This document shows positions 27,433 through 36,161 of a stretch of 64,000 bases of DNA, in pieces; position 1 is the stretch's first letter, and the number at the start of each line of letters is the position of its first letter. Under the pieces are notes generated by a model. That model did not search any database. It saw nothing but the letters and a program-made list of their open reading frames with translations, and was not told the origin of the DNA. This stretch comes from Thermoplasmata archaeon (lineage in GTDB: Archaea; Thermoplasmatota; Thermoplasmata; Lutacidiplasmatales; UBA184), in NCBI GenBank assembly GCA_022749895.1, contig JAKIWS010000003.1:11521-75520 (forward strand). The letters run 5' to 3'. Made by a program: the position numbers and the translations under genes.

Positions 27433-28396
27433 CCTACTCGAACTCGAGAGCGTCACGGCGGCGTGGGAGGGGACGCCGGTCGTTCGCGAGGTGACGTTCT
27501 CGGTCGGTCGCGGGGAGACGCTCGTGCTCATGGGCCCGAACGGCGGCGGCAAGACCACGCTGCTCCGGGTGATCGCCGGGCTCGAGCGGCCGGCCTCCGG
27601 GGCGATTCGGTTGGACGGCCGGTCGATCCTCGACGTGCCCGTCCATCGTCGCGGCATCGGGATGCTGTTCCAGGAGCCCGCGCTGTTCCCGCACCGCTCG
27701 GTGGAGGAGAACATCGCCTACGGCCTCGAGATCGCGCGTCGACCGAGCGCGTTCGTCACGTCGCGGGTCCGGGAACTCTCCCAGCTGCTTCGGCTCGATG
27801 CGCTCCTCGGGCGACGGCCCGACGAACTCTCCGGTGGGGAGCAGCAACGCGTGGCGCTCGCGCGAACGCTCGCGCCGGGCCCCGCGCTCGTTCTCCTCGA
27901 CGAGCCGTTCGCCTCCGTCGACCCGGAGCTCCGCCACGCCCTGGCCGCCGAGTTCCGCAGCGTGCTCCGGGATCTCGGGACGACCGCGATCTTCGTCACC
28001 CACGACCGAGAAGAGGGACTGTTCCTGGGCGACCGGGTGGCCCTCCTCTTCGCCGGTCGCCTGGTTCAGCTCGGGAGCCCGACCGACGTATTCAACCGTC
28101 CGGCGACGGCGGCGGTCGCTCGGTTTCTCGGGTACAATGTGCTCCCCGGTCCGTCGGGCGCGGTCGCAGTACTGCCGAGCCAGATCCTCCTCGGGCCGCC
28201 GGATCCCGGCGCCCTGGCCGCGACAGTGATCGGCTCCGGCGTCGTGGGCGAATCCACGATGACCCACCTTACCACGGCGGCCGGGGAGCGCGTGGCGGCG
28301 ATCGGCGCTTCGAACGAGCCGGCGCGCCCCGCCGGGCAGCGCGTGGCGATCCGATGGAAGCGGTCGGTCGAACTACCGTCCGGCCCGGACGGGTAG
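27419..28396 (+). CDS. ABC transporter ATP-binding protein
   Basis: Walker A GPNGGGKTT, signature LSGGEQQRVALAR, Walker B LVLLDEPF. Overlaps the permease 3' end by 14 nt. Confidence 0.9.
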   Translation: MSASDLLELESVTAAWEGTPVVREVTFSVGRGETLVLMGPNGGGKTTLLRVIAGLERPASGAIRLDGRSILDVPVHRRGIGMLFQEPALFPHRSVEENIAYGLEIARRPSAFVTSRVRELSQLLRLDALLGRRPDELSGGEQQRVALARTLAPGPALVLLDEPFASVDPELRHALAAEFRSVLRDLGTTAIFVTHDREEGLFLGDRVALLFAGRLVQLGSPTDVFNRPATAAVARFLGYNVLPGPSGAVAVLPSQILLGPPDPGALAATVIGSGVVGESTMTHLTTAAGERVAAIGASNEPARPAGQRVAIRWKRSVELPSGPDG

Positions 28397-28407
28397 ACCG
28401 GGAAGCG

Positions 28408-31400
28408 TTACGCCCCGTCGCCCTCGCTGCCTTCCGCCCAATCCGGTTCCGGTTCGGGCGCGGCGGCGGGCTCCGCGGTCGTGGGGCTTCGCGGCCGGCG
28501 CCGGCGCATCGCGATCACAGCGATCGCGGCCACCGCCACCACCGCGAGCAGAAGGCCCAGGAGGACCCAAGGACTGCCGAGGAGCGAGCCGCTCCCGGAG
28601 GACGGGTTCGCGGGAACGGGCGTCACGACCAGGGTCGTCGTGGCCTGGACCGACGACCCGAGCTGGTCGGTCACATTCACCGTGATCGAGTACGAGCCGG
28701 TCACCGTCGGCCGGCACACCACGGAGGAGGAGTTCACGGACGCGCAACCAAGGGGGAGCCCCGTGTAGAGGAACGTGAGCGCACCCGTGCCGCCCGCCAC
28801 GACCGTCGTGAGCGTGGTCGACGTACCCGCAACGACCGGGGCCGGGCTCGCGGCGAACGAGGTGACGGTGGGAGCACGGTGGACGATCACGACGGCCGTG
28901 CCTTGGGCCGTCGCGTGGAACGCGTCGCTGACGGTCACGGCCGTGGAGAAGGTTCCGGCGGCGGTGGGCCGGCACGAGAACGTGGCCGTCGTCGCCCCCG
29001 CGCAGCCCGTCGGCAGCAAGGTGAAGCTGTAGGTGAGCGGCGCGGTGCCGCCGCCGGCGGCCACGACGAAGTTCAGGCTCTGTCCGGTGTCGACGACGTT
29101 GGGGGTCACCGTGAAGGAGGTCACCGCGGGCAGGGCGTTGACCACGAGCGAGGTGGTCGCATTGACCGTGAACCCGGCGCCGTCGGTCACGGAGACGATC
29201 ACAGCGAAGGTGCCGGTCACGGTCGGCTGGCAACTCTGTCCGCTCCCCCCAGTGATGGTGCAACCCCGCGGGAGCCCGCGGTACGCGAAGGTGTACGCTC
29301 CGGTGCCGTTCGCGACGCTGAAGTTGAACGTCACGGAGGCTCCGAGATCCACGCTGGAGGGGGTGGCCACGAAGCCCCAGAGCGAAGGGTCGGCGGCGAC
29401 GGTCACCGTCACCGCGGCGTGAACGAAGTAGCCGAACGTGTCGCTGGCGTTGACGGTCACGATGTACGTCCCGGCGCTCTGGGGTACGCACGCGAGCAGG
29501 TTGGTGTCCGCCGAGCTGCAGCCGCCCGGGAGCCCGGTGTAGGCGAAGTGGACCGGCGGCGTTCCGCCGCTCTCGTTCGCGCGGAACGTGACGGCCTGCC
29601 CGACGTCGACGAACGTCCGCGAGACGGTGAACCCCGTCACCGCGGGAGGGGCAAAGACGGTCAAGCTCGCGGTCATCGAGGTCTGGTTGCCGACGGCGTC
29701 GCGTACGATCCCGTGCAGCGTGTACGACCCTGGTGTCGACGGCCGACAAGTGATCCACGTCCGGTTCGCGCTGAAGCATCCCGCCGGAAGTCCCGTGTAC
29801 GCGTAGGAGAGCGGGGAGGTCCCGGCCGTCGCGAACAGCGAGAGGTTCGTCGTCACGCCGACCGTCAGCACCGACGGGGTCGCCGTGAAGCTGGTGATCT
29901 GGGGGGGCAGGTTGATCGTGATCGAACCGTTGCGCGTGTAGGACGCCCCCGTGGTCGTGTTGACGAACCCTTCGATCGTGTAGGCGCCCGCGGCGGTCGG
30001 CACGCAGGCGATCCGGGTGAGGTTGGCGCTCGCACACCCCGCCGGTAGGCCGGCGTAGCTGCGGTTGTACGACGTCAGCGTCGGCCACGCCGCACTCGTG
30101 AGCGTGAGGTTCTGGCCCTGGTCGAGGGTGGTCGGCGCGACGTGAAGCGCGGTGACCAACGCCGGGCCGAAGCTCCAGGTGTCGTTGTAGTAGGTCGTGT
30201 AATCGGTGCCGCCGAACAGCATCAGGTACCCGTCGCCGGTGTCGTCGGCGAGGGCCTCGTAACCGCGGGCGGCCGGGTGCGTGGCGAGCGCGAGAGAGCT
30301 CCACGTGCCGTTCAGGAACAGCCACGTATCGCCCTGCTGGCCGGAGGTCGTGGAGGTCGAGCCTCCGAACAAAAGGTCGGCCTTCAACGCCGAATCCCAC
30401 GTGAACCCGAAGTACACCCGGGCCGACGGGTGCGTTGTGAGCGTGGAACTCTTGTTCGTCCAACTGTGGTTCGTGTAGATCCAGGTGTCTCCCGTCTCAC
30501 AGAGCGAGGCGGTGCTCGTGCATCCCCCGAAGAGCACCGCGTACTTGTCGCGGGCGTCGTAGGCCATGCTCGCGCGGTACCGTGGCAACGGGTGGCCCGT
30601 CGTCGTGCTACTCAAATTTGTCCACTGACCCCCGGCGAACGCCCAGGTGTCGTTGAACGTGATCTGCGCCGACGTGTTGGTGAGCCCCGTCCCCCCGAAC
30701 AGTAGGAGGTAGCTGTCGTTCACGTCGTAGGTCATCGCCGCCCGCCACCGAGCCGCGGGCGCGGAGGTCGGCGTGAGGGGGGTCCACGCACCGTGAAGGA
30801 ATTCCCACGTGTCGTTGTAGACGGTATTCGCAGGAAGGAGATGGCCCCCGAACAGGACCAGATAGCCGTCCCGAGCGTCCCAGGCCAAACTGCTGGCGTA
30901 CCGCATCGACGGGGCGGCCGTGAGATTGGCGGTGAGGTTCGTCCACACCCCCGCCGCGTAGACCCAGGTGTCGCCGAGGGTGGCCGAGACCGCCTGGCCC
31001 GGCGGGACGCCGCCGAAGAGCACCGTGTAGTTGTCGATCGGGTCGTACGCCATCATCGTGATCCACCGGCGGCTCGGACCGTTGACCCCGGTCAGCTGGA
31101 CCCAGTTCTCGTTCGTTGGGCCGGCGGAGGGGTGGGGCGCGAGCGAGGGCAGGGTGCAGGTCGCCGATGCCGATGGTGCGAGGCTGCATTGGGCGCCGGG
31201 CGCGGCGGCGGGTCCGTGGCCCGCTGCGAGCGAAGCCGCGGCGAGCGCGACCGGGTCGACCGCGAAGACGACGACACCGCTCGGGCCCCGCGAGGGGGGG
31301 GACGCGGCGGGGAGCTGAACCGTCGGCATCGCGAGGAGGGCGATCGCGACGGGGAGCGCGAGGCGCAGCAATCGGAAAGCTGTCGAACCCTTGGGGGAGC

Positions 31401-31416
31401 GGAGGGGCCACTCCAT
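28408..31416 (-). CDS. large cell-surface glycoprotein: signal peptide, 6-bladed Kelch-like propeller, six Ig-like (He_PIG/cadherin-like) repeats, C-terminal TM anchor
   Basis: Start set to the ATG at 31416 (MEWPLRSPKGSTAFRLLRLALPVAIALLAMP). Six LFGG...(G/N)DTW.(F/Y)..G.W(T/S) blades. Six repeats, each with (G/L)LPxGC...C.P...G.Y. C-terminal WVLLGLLLAVVAVAAIAVIAMRRRR. At least 25 N-x-S/T sequons by eye. Confidence 0.8.
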   Translation of the reverse strand: MEWPLRSPKGSTAFRLLRLALPVAIALLAMPTVQLPAASPPSRGPSGVVVFAVDPVALAAASLAAGHGPAAAPGAQCSLAPSASATCTLPSLAPHPSAGPTNENWVQLTGVNGPSRRWITMMAYDPIDNYTVLFGGVPPGQAVSATLGDTWVYAAGVWTNLTANLTAAPSMRYASSLAWDARDGYLVLFGGHLLPANTVYNDTWEFLHGAWTPLTPTSAPAARWRAAMTYDVNDSYLLLFGGTGLTNTSAQITFNDTWAFAGGQWTNLSSTTTGHPLPRYRASMAYDARDKYAVLFGGCTSTASLCETGDTWIYTNHSWTNKSSTLTTHPSARVYFGFTWDSALKADLLFGGSTSTTSGQQGDTWLFLNGTWSSLALATHPAARGYEALADDTGDGYLMLFGGTDYTTYYNDTWSFGPALVTALHVAPTTLDQGQNLTLTSAAWPTLTSYNRSYAGLPAGCASANLTRIACVPTAAGAYTIEGFVNTTTGASYTRNGSITINLPPQITSFTATPSVLTVGVTTNLSLFATAGTSPLSYAYTGLPAGCFSANRTWITCRPSTPGSYTLHGIVRDAVGNQTSMTASLTVFAPPAVTGFTVSRTFVDVGQAVTFRANESGGTPPVHFAYTGLPGGCSSADTNLLACVPQSAGTYIVTVNASDTFGYFVHAAVTVTVAADPSLWGFVATPSSVDLGASVTFNFSVANGTGAYTFAYRGLPRGCTITGGSGQSCQPTVTGTFAVIVSVTDGAGFTVNATTSLVVNALPAVTSFTVTPNVVDTGQSLNFVVAAGGGTAPLTYSFTLLPTGCAGATTATFSCRPTAAGTFSTAVTVSDAFHATAQGTAVVIVHRAPTVTSFAASPAPVVAGTSTTLTTVVAGGTGALTFLYTGLPLGCASVNSSSVVCRPTVTGSYSITVNVTDQLGSSVQATTTLVVTPVPANPSSGSGSLLGSPWVLLGLLLAVVAVAAIAVIAMRRRRPRSPTTAEPAAAPEPEPDWAEGSEGDGA
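28612..30160 (-). repeat. six tandem 258-nt (86-aa) coding repeats inside the surface protein gene
   Basis: The (G/L)LPxGC motif recurs at exactly 86-residue spacing six times in my residue count. Each unit also keeps the second Cys, the G.Y...V.V.D..G strand and a P.V..F linker. The DNA copies are diverged. Confidence 0.75.
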
Positions 31417-31440
31417 GGGGGCGCGGCAGACGAACTCGGG

Positions 31441-31451
31441 CCATATACCTT
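31441..31451 (-). promoter_or_regulatory. TATA-box promoter of surface protein gene 1 (AAGGTATATGG)
   Basis: Minus strand reads CACGAAGGTATATGG, ending 24 nt upstream of the ATG at 31416. A near-identical box occurs at 35950-35960. Confidence 0.55.
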
Positions 31452-31618
31452 CGTGAACGGCGCGCTTCGCGCCGCCGAAGGCGTGGCCGCGCAACGCCGG
31501 TCGTCCGTGCTACCGCCGTCCCGTGCCGGACCCTAGCACTTGATGGTGGGTGCGGTTCGTCGTATCCAAACCCTAATCCCGCCACCCGGCTCGCACCCGG
31601 CGAACATCGAGCCCCACC

Positions 31619-32899
31619 TTGCCGGAACAGAACGCGGGATCGACCGCCGAAACCCCTCCCCGCCGGGCCACCACATTCGACGACCTCCCGCTCCATCCGC
31701 GCCTGCGGCGCGGCGTCAAGGAGATGGGCTACCTCGAGCCGACCGACATTCAGCGGGACACGATCCCGGCCGCGGTGGGGGGCCGCGACCTCATCGGCAC
31801 GGCCCAGACCGGGACCGGCAAGACCGCGGCGTTCTTGCTGCCGCTGCTCGAACGCCTGCTCGGGGGGCCCCGCGGTCGCATCCGGGCGCTCGTCGTGACG
31901 CCGACCCGAGAGCTCGCCCTGCAGGCCCAGGAGTTTCTGAAGGTCCTCGGCCGCCACGCCGACCTCCGGTCGATCGCGGTCTACGGGGGCGTCGGCATGA
32001 TCGACCAGGAACGCGCGCTCCGCGGGGGCGTCGAGATCGTCGTGGCGACCCCCGGTCGCCTGCTCGACCACATGCGGCGCGGGTACGTCGACTTCCGCGA
32101 GCTGCAGGTGCTCGTCCTCGACGAGGCCGACCGGATGCTCGACATGGGTTTCCTCCCCGACGTCCGCCGGATCCTCGCGAGCCTCCCCCGCCGGCGGCAG
32201 ACGTTGCTGTTCTCCGCCACCATGCCGAAGGAGGTGATCCAGCTCGCCCGGGAGTTCCTCACCGACCCCAAGACCGTCCAGGTGGGCGAGACGACGGCCG
32301 CCGCCGTTGGGGTCTCCCACCTCGCGCTCCCCGTTCCCGCCCACCGCAAGAGCGACCTTCTGAAGGCGCTGCTCGAGGACGCGACGATGACGAGCGTGCT
32401 CGTCTTCACGCGGACCAAGCACCGCGCCGATCGCGTCGCCCGTCAGCTTTCCGACGGGCGGATCGACGTGGGCGTCATTCACGGCAACCGCAGCCAGAGC
32501 CAGCGGGTCACGGCGCTCACGAAGTTCCGCGAAGGCCGGCACCGCGTCCTCGTCGCGACCGACCTCGCCGCCCGGGGGATCGACGTCGAAGGGGTCTCCC
32601 ACGTCGTCAACTACGACCTCCCCGAAGTGCCCGAGGCGTACATCCACCGCGTGGGTCGCACGGCGCGTGCTTCTCGGCGGGGGGACGCCTTCTCGCTCGT
32701 CTCGCCCGACGAGGAGAACGACCTGCGCGCCATCGAACGCCACCTCAACGTGACGATCCCGCGGGCGCGGCTGCCCGGCTTCGACTACGACCGCGCCGCG
32801 CCCCCGGCGCCCGCGGGGGGACGGCGGGAGCCGCGCTCGCGCCCGACCGGGCGAGGTCGCTCGTACCCGCCGCGCGGCGGCGGATACCGCCGGCGGTAA
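31619..32899 (+). CDS. DEAD-box ATP-dependent RNA helicase
   Basis: 426 aa. Q motif region TDIQ, AQTGTGKTAAF, DEAD, SAT, ARGID, HRVGRTAR. Arg/Gly-rich C-terminal tail. TTG start per the track. Confidence 0.9.
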   Translation: MPEQNAGSTAETPPRRATTFDDLPLHPRLRRGVKEMGYLEPTDIQRDTIPAAVGGRDLIGTAQTGTGKTAAFLLPLLERLLGGPRGRIRALVVTPTRELALQAQEFLKVLGRHADLRSIAVYGGVGMIDQERALRGGVEIVVATPGRLLDHMRRGYVDFRELQVLVLDEADRMLDMGFLPDVRRILASLPRRRQTLLFSATMPKEVIQLAREFLTDPKTVQVGETTAAAVGVSHLALPVPAHRKSDLLKALLEDATMTSVLVFTRTKHRADRVARQLSDGRIDVGVIHGNRSQSQRVTALTKFREGRHRVLVATDLAARGIDVEGVSHVVNYDLPEVPEAYIHRVGRTARASRRGDAFSLVSPDEENDLRAIERHLNVTIPRARLPGFDYDRAAPPAPAGGRREPRSRPTGRGRSYPPRGGGYRRR

Positions 32900-33024
32900 C
32901 CCACGGGGCGCCCCCCTCTCGAGAGTTCGGGGCGGACAAGGTGAGAGCGCATCCGGCTCTCGACAAGATGATAAAGCACCCGGGTCGTACCGGGGTAGCC
33001 CACGAGCCTGCGGTCCCCTCTTGA

Positions 33025-33678
33025 GTGTGCATGGCGATCAGCTTCCCTTCGGACACGCTCTCGCCCACCGAGTGGTTCACCCGCTTTCGGGAGCGGTACG
33101 ACCTCGCCGCGTCCGACCCGGCGAGCGAACTCGGGGTCTTCTATCACCGCCATGTCGACTTCGCCAGGGGCGAGAGGTCCGAGGCCGAGCTGCTCGGCGA
33201 GTACAGCACGTCGGAGTGGAACCAAATCATGAGCGGGCTCCTGGGGGACCTCGCCCGCGATTTTGGATTCTACCAGACGACCGACCCCTCCCCTCGGCAG
33301 GACATCCTCTGGTTCCGGCCGGTCGAGCCGATGAAGCTCGCGGCGCTGATCGTCCAGGAGGACCAGGCGACCGAGGCGGTCACCGAGCAAGAGCTACCGC
33401 TCGTCGTCCGGGGCGGGGCCGAGCTGGGTATCCTCGTGCTCTACCCCGATTACCCGATGCCCGACGGGGCGCGGACGCTCGAGGAGGCCACCGACGTGTG
33501 GAAGCGAAAGATCGAATCCGAGCTCGCTCGGCACCGGCCGCCGAGCGATTTCCTCCTGCTCACGTTGGGGACGAACTCCTGGGAACTTCCCAGTCGCTGG
33601 CAGGCGTTCGCCTGGGACTCCGCCGGCCATCGCCTCCACCCCCTCGTGGACCGCGACCGGCCTTCGACCCCAGGGTAG
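33025..33678 (+). CDS. hypothetical protein
   Basis: 217-aa ORF with protein-like composition and no family I recognise. The likely start is the ATG at 33031. A T/A-rich box GATGATAAAGC lies about 50 nt upstream. Confidence 0.45.
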   Translation: MCMAISFPSDTLSPTEWFTRFRERYDLAASDPASELGVFYHRHVDFARGERSEAELLGEYSTSEWNQIMSGLLGDLARDFGFYQTTDPSPRQDILWFRPVEPMKLAALIVQEDQATEAVTEQELPLVVRGGAELGILVLYPDYPMPDGARTLEEATDVWKRKIESELARHRPPSDFLLLTLGTNSWELPSRWQAFAWDSAGHRLHPLVDRDRPSTPG

Positions 33679-33811
33679 TACGCACGGCCCGGCGTCCGGC
33701 GTCGTCGCCACGTGTCGCGCGGAGCCTTCCGTCACCGAAACAGCGACCCGAGGGCGGCTTCCGGAATCGTGGGACGGCCCTCGGGCCGGAGGGCCCACCG
33801 AGCCCGTCGGT

Positions 33812-35914
33812 CTAGGAGCGGCCGCCCCGGGGGAGCGGCTTGCCGCAGTGGCTGCACGTGCGGCGGATCGGCAGGTTCGACGCCCCGCAGTTGGGACAGA
33901 TCTTCGCCCCGCGAACGGTCGCCTTGGGGTCGGTGGGTGGGACGTACGCGGCGGAGGCCTTGTCGAGCTCCCCGGTCCCGGCGGAGCGGCGCCGGATCAC
34001 GAGGACGATCGCCACGATGGCCACGGCGGCAACGATCGCGATCGCGAGCAAACTCCAACCGTAGTTCGAGGACGAGGACGACGCCTTGGCCGCGGCGACG
34101 ATGATCGGGGGAAGCGCACTCCCGTTGGTCGCCCCGAGTCGGTCGGTGACCGTCAGCGTCGGGGCGTCCGTGCCGGCCGTCGGGAACCGGTGCGTCGCCG
34201 CCGCGCCGTAGCCGGTGAAACCGTCACCGAACTTCCACGTGAAGTTGAACGGGCCTCCCGCCCCGCCGGAGGCGTTGGCGTTGAACCAGACGACGGCGCC
34301 CGGGTGGATCGACGTCAACGTCGGGGTCACGACGACGGTGATGCGGCTGACATTGACGTCGACCGTCCGGCTCGCCGTCCCCCCGTTCGAGTCGGTCGCC
34401 AGGAGCTTCACGACGGCGGTGCCGACCGCCGAGAAGGCGTGGTGCACGACGGCGCCCGTGAGGGTGACGCCCGCGCCGAAATCCCACGTCGACGGAGAGT
34501 ACGAGCCGGTGCCGTTCGACTCAACGGAGGTGAACGTGAGGCTCGTTCCCGGGGCTGCCGCGGTCGCCGACGCTCGGGCGGTGACGGCCAGCGCCGGGCT
34601 GACCACGAGGGCGAGCGCGGGGGCCGACGTGGCATCCGCGGCGTCGGTGACGGAGCAGACGGGCGCGTAGGCGCCCGGGCCCGCGTACGGGTGGCTCGCG
34701 GACGTCCCGCTCCCGCTCGCTCCATCGCCGAACGTCCAGCCCTGGGCGTACGGCGTGGTACCTCCGGAGATCGTGCAGGTGAATCCTACGAGCTGCCCGA
34801 CATCGACCGCGGTCCGGTTCATCGACGCGGTCACCGCGAGGGCCGGGTTCACGCGGACGTTGGTGGCCCCCGACGCGGCGGACGGCTGGGCGTCCGTGAC
34901 CTTGCACGTGACGACATGCAGGGCGAGCCCCGCGAGCAACATACTCTCGCTGGCCGACCCCGCGACGAAGGTCCCGTTGCCAAAGTCCCACGCGTAGGTG
35001 AAGGGAGATTTGCCGCCGATCGGCGTGCAGGTGAAGAAGTCGGATTGTCCGAGGTCGATGGTCGGGTTCTGGGCGAACACCGTGACCGAGAGCGGGCCGG
35101 GCGTTCCGACGGTCAACAGGTTCGATTGCGTCGAACTCAGGGTGGGGGTTGCCCCGCCGCACCCGGCGATGCAATCCGAGGTCACCAGGTAGAACGTGTA
35201 ACTGGCCCCCGACACCAGGGAGGCGACGTACTGGTGGGAGGCGACGGTCGAAAACGTCGTCAAAAGTGCGGCCGCGGCGCCGTTTTGGGACTCGTAGATC
35301 GCATACGACGAGAAGGAGACGTTCAGCCCGTACGTCGCGTTGTTCGTCCACCGGAGCGTCGCGCTCGTGGCCGTGACGGCGGAATCGTTCAGGAACGCGA
35401 CCGCGGGTTGGGTGAGGTTGAGGGGGTTCGTGGTCTGGGACGCCGGCGAGCAGAATATGAAGCAGGTCTGGTAGTTCTCGACGACCAGCCAGCGGTAGGC
35501 GACGCCCGGGGAGAGGCCCGAAGCGGCGTACGAGACGACCGTCGGGTCGGTGATCACCGCGACGGTCGAGTAGCTCCACCCGGAGGCGAGACTGGCCTCC
35601 TCGACCGTGAAGTTGGTGAACGGCGTCCCGGCGGTGTTGGTCCAGTTGAGGCCGAGGGCGGCCGGCGATTGGCCGGCGGAGGTCAGGTTCGGAGACGCCG
35701 CCGGCACGGCGGACGACGATCGGGGGGGCGAACTTGTCCCCGGCACCGAACGGCCGGAGTCAACCGCGCCAGGACGAACTGGGGGAGCCCCCCCTCGACC
35801 GCCCGCGGGCGTGGGGGGAGGGGCGTGGACGATCAGGCCGGGAAGGATCAGGCAGGCGACGACGGCGGCAAGGGTGGCCACCGCGAGGCCCGATCTCTGC
35901 GGTGTCGACAACAC
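33812..35914 (-). CDS. cell-surface protein: signal anchor, FN3-like domains, four PKD domains, TM helix, cytoplasmic zinc ribbon
   Basis: PKD signatures YAWDFGNG, GWTFGDG, STWDFGAG, FTWKFGDG. TM helix WSLLAIAIVAAVAIVAIVLVI. C-terminal CPNCG...CSHCG. The start is either the GTG at 35914 (MLSTPQRSGLAVATLAAVVACLIL) or the in-frame ATG at 35953, which lies inside the TATA box. Confidence 0.8.
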   Translation of the reverse strand: MLSTPQRSGLAVATLAAVVACLILPGLIVHAPPPTPAGGRGGAPPVRPGAVDSGRSVPGTSSPPRSSSAVPAASPNLTSAGQSPAALGLNWTNTAGTPFTNFTVEEASLASGWSYSTVAVITDPTVVSYAASGLSPGVAYRWLVVENYQTCFIFCSPASQTTNPLNLTQPAVAFLNDSAVTATSATLRWTNNATYGLNVSFSSYAIYESQNGAAAALLTTFSTVASHQYVASLVSGASYTFYLVTSDCIAGCGGATPTLSSTQSNLLTVGTPGPLSVTVFAQNPTIDLGQSDFFTCTPIGGKSPFTYAWDFGNGTFVAGSASESMLLAGLALHVVTCKVTDAQPSAASGATNVRVNPALAVTASMNRTAVDVGQLVGFTCTISGGTTPYAQGWTFGDGASGSGTSASHPYAGPGAYAPVCSVTDAADATSAPALALVVSPALAVTARASATAAAPGTSLTFTSVESNGTGSYSPSTWDFGAGVTLTGAVVHHAFSAVGTAVVKLLATDSNGGTASRTVDVNVSRITVVVTPTLTSIHPGAVVWFNANASGGAGGPFNFTWKFGDGFTGYGAAATHRFPTAGTDAPTLTVTDRLGATNGSALPPIIVAAAKASSSSSNYGWSLLAIAIVAAVAIVAIVLVIRRRSAGTGELDKASAAYVPPTDPKATVRGAKICPNCGASNLPIRRTCSHCGKPLPRGGRS

Positions 35915-35949
35915 GGTGGGTGGACCCGAACTTTCTTGGCGCCTGTTGT

Positions 35950-35960
35950 CCATATACCTT
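35950..35960 (-). promoter_or_regulatory. TATA-box promoter of surface protein gene 2 (AAGGTATATGG)
   Basis: Minus strand reads CACAAGGTATATGG, the same box as at 31441-31451. The GTG at 35914 is 35 nt downstream. Confidence 0.5.
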
Positions 35961-36161
35961 GTGCCGCTCCGAACCGGCCCGTTTCCCGACTGGGGCGCGC
36001 GCTCTCGGCAGGTTGCGCGGGCATACGCACCACGAGGCTGGGCCCCGTTCGGCGCCTCGGCCGCGGATGCGCGCCGTGAATTGGCGATGAGGAAGGCGCT
36101 CGGTCGACGGCCCCCCGGGCGGGACGAAGGCGCCGTTGTCGTCAAGTCTGGGTACTGGGAT

